Below are positions 1-13,820 of a DNA stretch of 64,000 nucleotides, in pieces. Every line of letters begins with the position of its first letter. Within the stretch, counting starts at the first letter, position 1. Origin of the DNA: Podarcis melisellensis (taxonomy: Eukaryota); the NCBI GenBank assembly GCA_964234715.1, contig OZ174282.1; one strand, written 5' to 3'. The notes under the pieces are model-generated. The model was not told where the DNA came from, did not search any database, and was given only the letters and a program-made list of their open reading frames with translations. Both the position numbers and the translations under genes were made by a program.

Positions 1-124
1 TATTCTTTGTGGCCCTTTTGATACTTCATCTAGTGTAAACCTAGGCATCACTGTAACCTCCTCCCCTGTTGACCCCCGGTGACAATCAATGATGGTCCAA
101 TTAAAAGTAACATGCAATACTTAC

Positions 125-3100
125 GCCTAGTAAACCACCACCCTGAAATAAAAAGGAGGAAATCAATCAAAAAGGAGAAAAACAATCAACATCTCTTTTA
201 AGCAATGTTTCCTTAGTTTTAATGCCCTTGAATACCTTTGTGGGAGTATAGAAAATCAGGCACATTTCTGGCATAAACATCTCTTTCCCAGAAGTTTTTT
301 TTGTTTTTTGTGCAGTGAATGGCCATAGTAGGGAAAACGCAGCATTGCCATTCACAACCTACATCAGGTATCTTCAACATTTTTAAGACCCAGGACTCAC
401 TAAGTAGGTGATCAAAAATAAGATACCTAACAGGTTTTTGTTTTTTTGTATACCAAATAACTCCTAGAGCTGTTGAATTTCGTTGGACCTGATGACAGAG
501 CTTTGCAGCCAAGGAGTCTTGACGTTTCATTAGAACAGCATTTCTCAAAGCAACTTTGCAACTTCTACCATTGGGACTGCTTTGCATTTTGCAGCCATTA
601 CTACTCACCCATCACCTGTTATGATGCTACTGCAGGACAAACTACTCCTTCTATTAAAGCCAAAATCACATTTAATGTCTCCCGCTCTCTCTGTTTGTGT
701 GTGTTAAATACCTTCAGAGGTTGAAGGTATTTCTCTCTCTCTAATTAAAAGTAATATAAAATACTCACACTTAGTAAACCATTACTACGAACTAGAAAGA
801 AGGAAATCAGTATTTCCACTAAGGGACACTTCCATGATCTGATTGGCAAAATCTTGCAGGAAACATAAGCCCCTCCCCCAGTGAAGGATGTTGTGGATCA
901 TTAAGGCATGACATAGAGGATTTCCAATACTCACAGTTCCGCCAGTAAGTCCATCAGTAAGGCCCTAAAGAAGAGAAAGAAGATAAAGAAATAAGCAGGA
1001 AAGGCAAGGCCAACTCCCCCAGTGAAGGATGTTGTGGATCATTAAGGCATTACATAGGATTTTCAGTACTCACATTTCCAACAAGAAGGGCCTAAATAAG
1101 GTCTCTATCACAACTTATGAATAGTTGAACACATCAAAGACTGTCTGGAGAGGCTAGATTTCTACTACTCACACAGCAAATAATTATCATCTACTTGAAT
1201 GGAATCCTAGTATGGCTCGGTGGATCACTTCAGTTACAATAAAAAGCATCTAGGACCTGAGGGACACTTCTTAACTAAGTGACCAAATATAACATACTTT
1301 TTTTTTTTGTTTTTATGCAGAGTAATAGGGCTTTACTGTCTGTTCTGCATATGTCTCGCCTACATGGAATCTCTTCCCTATTTAGAAAGTATCATTGCCT
1401 GGACTTGAAGCTCTTCAAATGGCGGCCTGTTGCTGGAGAGACAACAACAGAAGCCCCAGATGATGCAATATGTTATTCTTTGTGGCCCTTTTGATACTTC
1501 ATCTGGTGTAAACCTAGGCATCACTGTAACCTCCTCCCCTGTTGACCCCCAGTGACAATCAATGATGGTCCAATTAAAAGTAACATGCAATACTCACGCC
1601 TAGTAAACCACCACCCTGAAATAAAAAGGAGCAATTCAATCAAAAAGGAGGAAAACAATCAACATCTCTTTTAAGCAATGTTTCCTTAGTTTTAATGCCC
1701 TTTAATACCTTTGTGGGAGTATAGAAAATCAGGCACACTTCTGGCATAAACATCTCTTTCCCAGAGGTTTTTTTGTTTTTTGTGCAGTGAATGGCCATAG
1801 TAGGGAAAACGCAGCATTGCGTGTCGAGGTCCCCAGGTCCACCCCAATAACTCACACATCACACAGAATTTTTGTTTAAGGTTTTTGGCATAATTTTGGC
1901 CACAACTTTATTAAAATACAAATTTGTGAGTGGTTGCTTAGGCATTGGTTGCGACTATCTGCCCCCACCATGGGGGACAGACTGACATTCTGCACGATGC
2001 GAAAGTCAGAATGGGGGAATACACTTGGGGGTTACGCGGAGCAGGGAACCTGCCCTCACCCCAAATGCAACCAGGAGCTCATTGCTATGGCCCGAGCCCC
2101 CTTGACAGAGTGGACAAGCAATAGTTAGCCCCCAATTCCTTTAACGGAATCCCTTGCAGCAGCAGCATTAGAGGGGCAGGCACAGCCTATCCATGCCCCT
2201 CAACCAACCAAACCATAAACCAATGCCTAACCGCAACCTTACAAGTTGTGATGATTTGCTATGCAGTAGGCAAAAACCAAATGGCCCCAGCCAATCAGCC
2301 AGATGGACAAAATTCCTACCAGGCCCCCGCTCCAAAGCAGACGACCCCATGACAGGCATAGCAAGGTCAAAGCGAACAACCCTATTCTAGGGAGGGAGGG
2401 ACGGGCAATCCGCTGCACGGGCGAAAAGAGGAAGCCCTGGCCTCGTGCAAGGAGTTTTAGCATTTCTGGCTGTCAATCAATAAATGGCAACATTAATTTC
2501 TTCCCAACAACAAGGGAAGCCCCAATCGCATCAGTGGCCAACGATCAGTTAGCCCGCCCCCAACTTTGGAGTGTCCTGGCGGCCCCCACCACAACACGTG
2601 CTCTCCATGAAGGAGAACACGCTTTGCATCAGGTATCTTCAACTTTTTTTAGACCCAGGACTCACTAACTAGGTGATCAAAAATAAGATACCTAACAGGC
2701 TGGGTTCTCCCCCCCCCCCCGCCTTTTTTTTTTTTTTTGTATAACGTAATATGCCTTCACACAACACTTTTGTTTACGTATTTGTTTTTGCAAGTATAAG
2801 GGCCATGTCATGCAGCCAGCATGCTTTTGCCATTTCAATCATGCAGCAATATTGTGGCACGAATCTCATCAGCCAATATTGAGGGACACTTCAATGAACT
2901 AATCAGCAATATCTTGCAGTAAGGACAAGGCCCCTCCCCCACTGAAGGATGTTGTGGATCATTAAGCATTACATAGAGGATTTCCAATACTCACACGTCT
3001 GCTACCAGCGCCCTAAACAAGATAAAGAAATATGTTATTCCTTCATGTTTCATGAACATGATAAACATAGTGAACTTTTTGATTATTTCACACTGCCAAA

Positions 3101-6100
3101 CTAGTCCAGGGCAACCTACTTCTTATGTTAAAGCCACAGGCACGTTTCATTTATCTTTGTGTGTTTGTGGGGTGTGTGTGTTTTAACTACCTTCAAGGAT
3201 CACAACCATGGTACTCTTATGAGTATGCAAGGGAGCAAGTAGGCTGTATAAAAGATCCTTTATCTTCTGTAAAGCTTGCCATCACTTTATTAGCATACAG
3301 AATTTTGAAGCATGAAGGTGGCGGCCTTCCCGGGCATTTTTCCAACAAAACCTATCAAATAACTCCTAGAGCTGTTGAATCTTGTTGAAACTGATGAAGA
3401 ACTTTGCAATAAAGAACATTTCTCAAAGCAACTTTGGAACTTGTACCTTTGGGACTGCTTTGCATTTTGCAGCCATTGCAACTCAGCCTTCACCTGTTCT
3501 GATGCTGCTCCAGGACAAACTACTCCTTATGTTAAAGCCACAGTCACATTTAATCTCTCTCTCACACACCATCTGTGTGTGTGTGTGTTAAATACCTTCA
3601 AAGATTAAAGATATAAAATCACTAATATACTAAATTCACACTTAGAAAACCACCACTGAAACAGAAAGGATGAAATCAATATTTCTACAACCAACCTTTC
3701 TTTTAAGCAATGTTTCCTTAGTTAAAAACCTTTAATACCCTTTTGGGAGTATTCAAAGTCAGGCACACATGTTTTCTGAAAATATTGTCAGTGGCACCAT
3801 CCTCCTTGATGCATCATCCCAGCGATCCTTATCTAACTCATATCACTTTTGCCTGTGGCCTCTGCAAGACTGCCTGATCCTAAAAGGCAGATTGTGATTG
3901 ACAGAAACGAGAGGCAACTGGCACCTGGGATAAACAGTTGTGGGCAATTACGACATGCAGTTGATTTGATTGCTCAATATTGTTGTTTTTAAAAAATAAT
4001 TAATGATATTCCCGCTAAAAGTGATGTGCAATACTTACGCCTAATAAACCACCAAGCTGAAACAGAAAGGAGGAAATTGATTTTGCTACAATCATCTCTT
4101 TTAAACAATTTATCATTAGTTAACAACCTTTAATACCCTTGTGGGAGTATAGAAAATTGGGCACACTTCTGGCATAAACATCTTCTCAGGAGTGTTCCCG
4201 TAACTCTTTTAGTAAAAGGCCATAACAGGAAAATGGTTGCAATGCCCTATATCATCTAAATCAAATATGTGTTTCAAATACAGTACCTTCAAGTACTACA
4301 ACCATGGTATTCAGGGGAAAACAGTTCTTTTCCCTACACTGTAGTCTCAGTGAAAGTTGCCCCAGCAGAAAAGGCATAAGGGTACAGCCTAGAAGAACAG
4401 TCAATCTCCCTTCGGCTTCAGCCAGGTCAACCCTAAACGTCCCATTACAGTCCTTAAAATTTGCCCACTATGGTACGATAAATCTTAGACCTATCAAAAA
4501 GACATTTTAAAATTCCAGAAATCAAAGCTTCTTATACTTTGTGTAAAGTATTTGTTTTTGTAAGTATTAGGGCCGTGTCCTGCAGCAAAGGTGCTTTAAC
4601 GAGTTTAACCATTTCAACTACACAGCAGTATTGTGGGAGGGATCTAATCCTTTCCTGCTTGGCAGGGGGTTGGACTCGATGGCCCTTGTGGTCTCTTCCA
4701 ACTCTATGATTCTATTATTCTAATCACCTAATACTGAGGGACACGTCAATGAACGAATTTTCAAAATCTTGCACCACCCTTGCCGTGAGCAGAGCCTGAG
4801 TACTTCTCTGTGGCTCTCGTCTGTCACTTCTGTGTGGCTTTTCTACAAACTAATGTGCAAAACCAGGCAATAAAAAACAAGGGTGCCTCATGGGAAGAAA
4901 CTACAGACCATTCAGACAATACAGAGAAGATTTGCAAATCACCACCACACTATATTTTAGGTTTGGCTTGCAGGGTTCCTATGTGGATCTGGTTGGCCAC
5001 TATGAGACCATAATGCTGGCCTGATATTTTTGTGTTCTTATAATCCTTATGATCTTGAAAGTCAAATGCTTGATCACCTCGCAGTATGGCCCCTCATCCT
5101 TACTGTAAAGGTAAAGGTAAAGGGACCCCTGAACATTAGGTCCAGTCGCAGACGATTCTGGGGTTGCGGTGCTCATCTCGCTTTACTGGCCAGAGCAGCA
5201 CACGGAAATGCCATTTACCTTCCCGCCGGAGCAATACCTATTTATCTACTTGCACTTTGACGTGCTTTCGAACTGCTAGGTTGGCAGGAGCAGGGACCGA
5301 GTAACGGGAGCTCACCCCCTCACGGGGATTTGAACCACCAACCTTCCGATCGGCAAGCCCTAGGCTCTGTGGTTTGGACCACAGCGTCACCCACGTCCCT
5401 CATCCTTACTGTAGAACATTTTAAAACTGCAGAAATCCATTTATGGGCACATATGCAAATTCTCATTTTATTCTATTTTTTCTTTTAATCACTTTATTAG
5501 ACCTGAAAACAATTTTGGAAATTAGAGGGTGTGGGTTGAACCAACATAGATCCTAGCCAGCATCCAGATGTTCCCAAGCACGCAGGAATCTTGGAAACCC
5601 TTTTATTTATCCACTGGAAACATGAAAATTACATCCATTTTTAGCTAAAGGGGATTTTTTTAGTCATTCAGTTCTCTCAATGCATAAAAGATTTGTAATA
5701 CTTACAAGCTGAGGAGCCTAAGTTTAAAAACAAAAACAGCAATTAGATTGATTGGTCTGCAAGCCTCTTAAGACAAATAAAATACCATCAGCCCCCCTCC
5801 ACCCCTTCAACAAAAGCTGATTCAAGTGGTGGCTCAGCTGGTCTGGTTGAATTTCTGGGACAAAATAATTTTTACCTTCTTTTAAACAAAGAATACAGCA
5901 AATCCATAAAAGAAATTATTAGAAGCAGCAGCAATATATAAAAAAGATTGAAGCCAGCAACAGTTCGCTCAAAAGCATTGCAAAATGGAGAGATCTCTGG
6001 GGCTCACTTAAAGATCTGAACTCAGAAAGCCAAAAAAATGTTCTGTTGGGAGGAAGTTCCACCACCAAGAAAGCTATGTGCCTAGAACCCACCAACCTAT

Positions 6101-6964
6101 TCTTTCTCAAGGTCAAGCCAATGAGAAGGCCTCTGAGACTGATTTTAGAGCCATTGGATCATAGGAAGCTGCCTTATACTGAGCCGTATCACTGCCCCAT
6201 ACATCTCAGTGTTGTCTACACTGACTGGTCGCAGCTCTCCAGGGTTTCAAACAGGAAATTTTCTCAGCTCATGTGTGTATGTGCATCAAACAAAACCGAG
6301 ATATTGAATTCATATATGCAGAACATTTCAGCTTCTGCCTTCAGGAGGCTTGAAACATTTTGCTATATGAATTCAGTTTCTCTATTTTGTTAGCACAAAG
6401 AAGGATGAAACACTAGACTTGGAGGCTAAACTTCTCTGTATAAAGTTCCTTATGTGTGAAAAACACATTTTGTCACTATAGATGCAATCCCATGCATACT
6501 ACATGTTAATACATCCTATTAAACCTAATGGGAGCTACTTCCTATTAAACAAAACAAAACAGGCTTGTGCTGCCATTGTTATCCTTTGTATTCAGGAAGC
6601 TATAGTTTCTATGCCAGCTCCTTCCATTTTTCCATGGTGTAGAATCCTAAAAGGAAGTGAATTTCCCTCATTTTTATCCAAATGGAAAACATTTACAATT
6701 AAATTGAGCCCTTAAGTTTAATTGTAGGTTTTAGATCCCATGCGTAGAATAGCCCCTAAATGCAGGGAGTTTTCATACAATCTTGCCTCAAGGAGCATTT
6801 ATGTCCTACAAAAACATGCAGTTTCAGCTCACTGAATATCTAGCTAAGCAGTATTGAAATATTCTACATGGCTCCCTTAAGTGCAAAAACAGACTTACCG
6901 AGATGCTCCCATCTGGACAAAGGAGAAAGACAAGAAGAGCAGTGGTCACAACCTGGAGATGCAT
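125..6964 (-). CDS. Gene B (3' part outside the window): secreted Gly/Leu-rich protein with GGLLG microexons
   Basis: 6899-6964 MHLQVVTTALLVFLLCPDGSIS (signal peptide, ends TCG|GTAAGT); 5706-5717 APQL; 4039-4056 LGGLLG; 2995-3012 GAGSRR; 1598-1615 GGGLLG; 1074-1091 ALLVGN; 935-964 GLTDGLTGGT; 125-142 GGGLLG. All phase 0 with AG acceptors and GTRAGT donors. No stop exon found in the window. Confidence 0.8.
1822..2596 (-). mobile_element. Putative solo LTR inserted in a gene B intron
   Basis: About 775 bp absent from the paralogous repeat unit; starts TGTCG and ends ACAACA; minus-strand AATAAA near 1907-1912. No clean TSD seen. Confidence 0.45.
4652..4721 (+). mobile_element. CR1-type 3' end fragment
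   Basis: GGGTTGGACTCGATGGCCCTTGTGGTCTCTTCCAACTCTATGATTCTA, the typical CR1 tail. Confidence 0.65.
5108..5396 (-). mobile_element. Sauria SINE (internally deleted) with TSD
   Basis: (ACCTTT)n tail on the minus strand, conserved core, and 17-bp direct repeat CCCTCATCCTTACTGTA at 5091-5107 and 5397-5413. Confidence 0.85.
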
Positions 6965-7033
6965 CTTGGCTTTGCGTTGGTGTCTTTCAGGAGTGAAGTC
7001 ACCAAGGTGAAGAATGAGCAGTTTTACCTGCTG

Positions 7034-7041
7034 TATTTATA
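7034..7041 (-). promoter_or_regulatory. TATA box (TATAAATA) of gene B
   Basis: Consensus TATA box about 70 nt upstream of the ATG at 6964 (context GCCAAGATG). Confidence 0.7.
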
Positions 7042-10000
7042 CTATAATTTTGTCCTCAATTTTCAAGCCTGGTTGACCAAATGTAATACCTCTATTGTCA
7101 AGGGAACCTATGACTTTTGTCAATAAGGAAAGGTCAATTCATCATAGCTATCATCACATGGAAAGTAGTGGTTGGTTCCAAACACCAGGGGCCAACTTGG
7201 CAACAAAGAATAGGCGGCATTATTCTTCCTAACTTGGGTGTTAAAATGGCCCAAATTGACCTTTTCTAACTATGTGCAATGAGGGATGTGCCAGAACCTC
7301 TTTGTGACATGGATAATGCCTACATTTCTGAGTATAGTTGAGGAGACCCTTATGAAGATGGAATGAATTTCTGAGGTGGCAATTCTTAAGCAAATTCAAA
7401 GAATAAGGTGGTCTACAAAGCAGTGGGGCAGCCTGGTACACTTGCCCTGGGCCTGCCAGACTTACGCTGTCATGCCAATAACACCTTGTTCCTCCCAGAC
7501 AACCAAGGACTCCCGCCCCAGGTTTTAGACGAGCTCTGCATGAGCCTGTCCCACAGAGTTCAGCAAGTTGCTTAGATATTACTACCTTTACAATTCCAGT
7601 ATTTAATATGTGCAAATGTTTGAAATTCACTACGTTAAATCCCAATCCGAAACAAGGTCGTAAATTTCAAAGTGTAGCCCAGTGGGGCTGAGTCAGAGTT
7701 TTTGGTTCCTATCCTAACCTGCACATCATATCAGCGAGTCAAGGACTGGTTTTATTTAGCCTAAGGATCTTTCGGCATAAATGGGGGATGTCTGCAGTTG
7801 AGTTGAATGTGTATTTGATGCTATTTATATTCCCACTTAAGTAGCACCGTCCACTTGACATCCACTTCAAATGACTTCTATCCTGCTATTTTTTCCCTTT
7901 TAAACATTGATGAATATCACTGATTCAATGCTTGGAGCCAGGGTGCTGTCATCCATTAGAGTTGGCTAGCAGGAATGGTGGTCCCTAGTCATTGCCTTAG
8001 CTGCATGTATACCCACACTGAATTTGGGGAAGTTGAGTTCAAATAATTAAGAATGTTTCAGATCAGACTTGCAAGAGAGTAGAGTTGTAGCCCACTTACT
8101 ATCGTATGTGTCAATTCCACAAGTTGATATTGTTTAAACACTGCTGCAAAAGCAATTTTGATGTGATACACATAACTTCATTATTTATTTGTGCAGTGTT
8201 TTATCAGTCCATTTACAAACCACCACTAAAAAAAAACCCCCAAAATTATGTGTTGTGGCCAATATTAGTCATACTCAGAGTAGACCCACTGAAATTAACT
8301 GACATGGATAATTTAGGTCAATTCATTTAAATGTGTCTACTCTGAGTAAAACCTAGATGGCAATTACCCTTTTTCCCCAAGTATAAACTGTAGTAACAAT
8401 ATTCTTTTCCATCCTTTTTCTATCCCTTGTGCCGTCAGTTTCCTTTCAACAAAAGCAAAAAGTTTCATCAATGAGTAAAAACTGAAGTATGAAGTGTAAT
8501 CTCCACTAAATGTAACTCTCCTAAAAGATTAGACCACATTATAGTGATTCTCAAAAATTTATAGCCACAATATAGTGATTCTGTTTCATGCATTCACACT
8601 TTGCTACACAGTTAGGCCCCTATTTGGGCTTCACAGTCTGGGATATGATAGTGTTGGTGGCAGGGGTCTTACTACACTAGAAAAACAAAACAGCTGGTAA
8701 CTTGTGTTCTGGACGCAGCATGGGATAGATACTATTTTTTTGTTCTAGGTCTGTTCTAGAGTCACAAGTCAGTATGTTGCAACTTTCCTATGATTTTACA
8801 TCACAGAACACCCTCTACCCATCACCTGCAAACCAGCCATTCACCATCTTACGCTTGTCCTTTACCTGACCTTTCTACATATGTTTATGCATACTAATCA
8901 GAACATAACCTGCCAGAACAGCAAAGGGCAAGTAAATGTGACAATCTGGATATTGTCAGTTTTTTATCAGTTGCCTGGGTTATTTTTGGCTATCTGCTGT
9001 TGCCTATGATAGAACAATCTTTCCAGGAACTTGGTGTCTCAGTAGATCCCATTCTTCTGCTTCAGCAATAAGTTTTAGCAGCATTTATTGCAACTGATAA
9101 CAGGCCTTTGATCCAGCTTCTGGCTCCTGAGAAATGGAAGTATGTTCTTTTTTCTATAAACAAAAACAAAACACCTGACCTACACAACCAAGGCACATTG
9201 CAGATTAGCATTTGAATGTCAGAACAAGTTGTCCGGATATCACCTGAGAATGCCTTCTTTCGTGATCAAAGAAGGCTATGTGCCAATGACAGGGTTCCCC
9301 TGCCCCTGCAGTTCATGTGCCTGTGCTCCCTGCATGACAGACACTTTCAACAAGTATCCATAAGCCCTCCAGCTCATACCTATAGGCTACAGAAAGTAGC
9401 ACACACTTTGCATTCAGGTCCTAAATTCAGTTTCCAACATCTCCAGGTAAGGCTGGGAAAAACTCCTATATGAAACCCTAAAGAGCTACCATCAACCAGA
9501 ATATACGGTATTGATAGACCAATGGAATACAACTTCCCATGTTCCTACTGAAGCTTCGAGTTCAAACTGATTCACTTATTATCCACCTGACTGCCTTGTC
9601 ACATACCAGTGCCAGTACACACCAGTGCCAGTACAGGTAAGAATAATATTGCAGTTGGCTATGCCAGGTTTGTCTCTGCTTATCTTTCCGCTTTAGCTAC
9701 AGCAGTTCATTTATTTAAGATAACGTCTCACTTTTACGCATGTGATTTATACCTCTCTGCCTCTCAGTTACAGATCTTTCTTTCATTCCATTTTCCTGTC
9801 TTGATATAAGATGGCTGTCTTCCTTTGTCTTTCTTTCCATTTTCTCATGCTAAGCATTTCTAAAGCTGGTAAGTTGCCTTAAGTAGGCACTCAAGCTGTT
9901 CCACCTTCTTTTTCTTTATCGTGTGAGGGTTTTTTGGGGTGAAGGACCTCTGCCCTACCCTACATGCATTCATTATAAACCCTGAAGGCAGCCTATCATG

Positions 10001-11710
10001 TGTTCATTGTGCTTCTGTGAACATCTGAAAGGGGCCTGAGTTATGCTACAATGTCTTTCTCCTCAAGTGAATCTCTTTTGATTCTTTTATTCATGCTACC
10101 ACACCGTATTGTAGAAATGTATCTGTATGTTTCTACAGTCCATATTTTCTTGTCAATCTATACTTCTACGGCTTCAACTGGCATTTGTTGTATTGGCTAG
10201 CTATTTTATTATTTATTTATTATTACATTTATATTCCATTTTCCCCTAAGTAACTCAAGCTGCCGTACATGGTTCTCCCCTCTTCCTATTCTATCCACAA
10301 ACAACCCTGTGAGGTTGTTTAGGTTAAAAGACAGTGGTTTCGAACACTTGAAATGTTGCAAGGTCTCACACACAGACACACATACCCCACAGCACAATAA
10401 AAATTGCTCCATATTATATACATTGGTACACTTTTATATGTTTCCACATTGAATGCTGTCTGTTCACACCAGTGGGTGGAGCACTTTTTACACTTTACAA
10501 GGTTGGTTTCCTTGCAACTCCAAACCTCCCTACTCTGAAAATGTCTCCACGTGGTTGCCATATTTACAGCTACACCATTATATATCTATCAGGTACAATG
10601 TCCTAAAAGCCTAGGACAGAAAATGTTTTTTTTTAAAAAAAAATAATCTTTGTAAAATGAACATGATTGGATCTCTGCCCAACACATCTTTCATTATACT
10701 TTGAAGAGGCAATAGTGGCTTATCTTAACCAGAGATTATTGGCCTTACATAACTGGAGAAATTTTAAAATTAAAGCAAAGTTTTTGGTGTGAACATACAT
10801 GAGCTAAATGAGGTGGCAGGGGTCACTGCTGCCTCAGTACCGTGTCTGCCAAGGAATTCAACTGACAATGAAATTCTCTCAAGCATTCAGCTGTTCCACC
10901 AATATATTCATTTCACTTCCTACCTCTCAAATGAAATAGTCCTTCTACCCCATAAACATCTTTTAGGATGGTTTAATTTTGAAATGTACAGTTGTATCTA
11001 TGCAGCTGGGTACTTTCATGGTGAAGGAGAAGGTTTGCAACAAGAGCTGGCAAGAACCATAATGTGAAATTATGTTTGTATCTACCTATCCTTACCCCTA
11101 ACAGAACCTAAGATGAGTAACTGAAACAACTACACATTGCTTCCCTATGTACCCCTTCCTCTGTTGTTACCCATGTTAAAGCTTAGATTGCATATCCCTT
11201 GGGGTTGTCTTCCTGCAACTTTCTGCCCTGTCTTCTGAAATGGTTGTGCATATGTATGTTATGCATGGGGCAATGTAGCCATGCTCTTTAAAATATTTAA
11301 CAGATAGATTGGTGAGCATTATCTTAGCTGAATTTTACTTTTGGTCTTTATTGGTAATGGCAGTTTAAATTGTTGTGTTGTGTGCAGAGATAATTAGTGA
11401 CGGGGGTTGGGCTCCACATTCTGTAAATAATAAATAAACAAAACTATGAAAACCAATGGTACTAGAAAAGCAACTGGGCAGTATCTCTCTTTAAAGAAAA
11501 ACATGGTTTTGCATAAGCAAGCCTGTAATTATAGCACAAACATCAATGAAAGTACTTGGGCAGTAATTTCCTGCATTATATGCCACACAATAGAAGCTGA
11601 GATTACTAAACTGAGGTGGAACTGCATGAGAATTGAATGGTGTGGCACCTTCAATGTCCTGTAACTTTAATGGAGTTCGAATCACAGCCCCAGATTTCAA
11701 CACCATAGAG

Positions 11711-12100
11711 CAGTGGTTTTCTACCAGTGTGCCATGGCACCCTGTGGTGCCTTGAACGATGGTCAGGGGTGCTGTGGGCAACACTGGCCTCTATCCCTCT
11801 TCCTTATCTCCCTCCTCTGATGCCCTCTCACATCTCTGCCCCCCAAAAGCTTGGCAGCTGTTTGTTGCAGCAGCCCTGGCTACAAGCTCCCCGGGCGAAT
11901 GCTGCCTCTGGGGCAGCCCAGGGGGTGTTTCCCAGGTTCCTGTGGGGCAGTGTGAGGGGGCACCTCTCTTTGGGACAGGGGGGCAGCTCAAAGACTGGGG
12001 GGCAGCAGCGGCTTCACCGAGGACTCCAAAAGAGAGGGGAGAAGAGAGGAGTCTGAGGGAAGACTTCACAAGGGAGGGTGTTTGAAAAAGGGTGAGAAGC
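11711..12100. mobile_element. hAT-like non-autonomous DNA transposon fragment
   Basis: Begins CAGTGGTTTTCTACCAGTGTGCCATGGCAC, resembling the terminus of the element at 58665-59358; GC-rich interior. Right boundary approximate. Confidence 0.45.
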
Positions 12101-13609
12101 TACTAGCTCTGCAGGCAAGGGGTGATAAGCTGGGCTCCTGAGCAGGGCCATCTTAAGCATTTCAGGTGCTGTGGTGCAAAAGATTCCTCCGACGTTTTTT
12201 AGGAAGGTTCCCCAGAGTTTTTAACCTTTTTTTTAGGGAGCTAACACCACGCTTACACATTATCTCTGAAGCCCTTAGAACAAAATAAAATGAAAAGGCA
12301 GAAGAAACTCTAATTCTAAATCTAAATCTAATGAAAAGGCAGAAGAAAGTCCTCAATTCTTCTAATTCATCCTCATGATTCAAATCACCACATATCAAAA
12401 AGTTAAAGCGATCACCAGTTTGTTGTTCTTTAAATAAATTAATAAAGACACAGACAATGAAGTTCCCGGCCAATTTGTGTTTAAGTACAAAGCTGACGTT
12501 TTCAAATATTGTGGGGAGTGGGGTGGGTGTGGGTGTAAAGCAGTGACATCCTGAACCTAAAAAGGACCCAAAACTTCAGTCACAAAGGCTGCAGCCCTGA
12601 CTGCACTTACCTAAGAGTAAGCCGTGCTGAATCTAATAGGACCTTACTTCGGCATAGACAGTAGGACTGCTACAAGAAGCACAGTTGGGGATTAGGGCTT
12701 TCTGTTTTAAGTCTCAACCAGAGGAAAATGTAATATTGGAGATTAGGGAGAAAGGAATATGAATAGATTGGGGGGAGGGGGCGGACAGGAGACCAAAACC
12801 ACAGGTAGCGAGACAAGGCACACTTTCTGGGGAGCATGTCTCACACACAGTTGCTTGGGGTGAGGACTGCAGAGGGACCATAGTTGGGTTTTGCGTGTGT
12901 GTTTTTCAGAAAAACGTAGAATTGGAAGGGACCCTGTGGGTCATCCAGCCCAACCCCCTGCAATGCTTTTTAGCTTGCATTGATCTCAAAAACCTTTGCA
13001 GCCCAGGTAGAGGAGGAAGAAAGTGGGCAAACTGGGGGGCGCCTCTCTTCTTCTTTGCCATTGCCCGCCTCCCTCTTCACATAGGGCCAGCCGCCTCACA
13101 GCAGAACAGAGCACGAGGCAGCAACTGAGCAAAGCCAGGCGCCTGGATGCATGCGCCACTGTGTCAAGCGAGGGTGCGTGCGCCGCTCCTGCTGAACGTT
13201 GGCTCGGTTTTTCCCCTTTTAGCCTTCTGCCGCCCTGTAATAGAACTTCCTCAGTGCCCCTATAGTTTTATGTGCTTTGACTTTCATTGCCTAAATATGA
13301 CAATTCCAAGCGAGGGTTTCACTAGAGTACTCCCAGATATCTAAGTGAGCAAGTTTGTCCTATAGCTTGCACCATTTAAATCTAGGGCTGTGTTTGCTAA
13401 AAATCATAATCTTGGTCTTAGAGTAAGTTATAGATACCTTTTCCTGTTTACAGTTATGTGCTGATCACTTCCAAGAGTTTTTTGAGGTCCAGCTGGGAAA
13501 GGGAGAGGAGCACTAACTCATCTGTCTACATCAAGACTTTGATCTTTCTACTCCTAATTACTGTAGAGGTGAAATTTTCTTCTTCATCATCATCACCATC
13601 ATCATCTTC

Positions 13610-13820
13610 ATTTATTAATACCTTGCCCATCTGGCTGGGTCTTCCCCAGCCACTCTGGGCAGCTCCCAACAGAATATTAATAATAATGATTAAAAAACGA
13701 TGAAACATCAAACATTAAAAACCTCCCTGAACAGGACCGCCTTCAGATGTCTTTTAAAAGTCAGTTGTTTATTTCCCTGACATCTGATGGGAGGGCATTC
13801 CACAGGGAGGGCGCCACTAC
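13610..13820 (-). mobile_element. L2 LINE 3' fragment
   Basis: Similar to 62080-62260 (GCCTTCAGATGTCTT...GACATCTG.TGGGAGGGC.TTC.ACAGGG). Confidence 0.65.

Larger units (their letters stand above)
1..4780. repeat. Local tandem duplications of gene B exon+intron units
   Basis: 1-~348 is nearly identical to 1474-~1820; ~455-810 resembles ~3355-3690; ~820-990 resembles ~2880-3030; ~2760-2920 resembles ~4540-4770. Confidence 0.85.

Noticed and set aside
219-724. Cys-containing ORFs suggesting Ly6/three-finger proteins
   Set aside because: No conserved Cys spacing or CCxxxxCN motif, and paralogous copies have stops and frameshifts; this is intronic sequence of gene B.
1173-1190. Possible 18-nt exon (MIIICC) in gene B
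   Set aside because: A GTGAGT donor is present, but there is no pyrimidine tract and the peptide is unlike the other exons.
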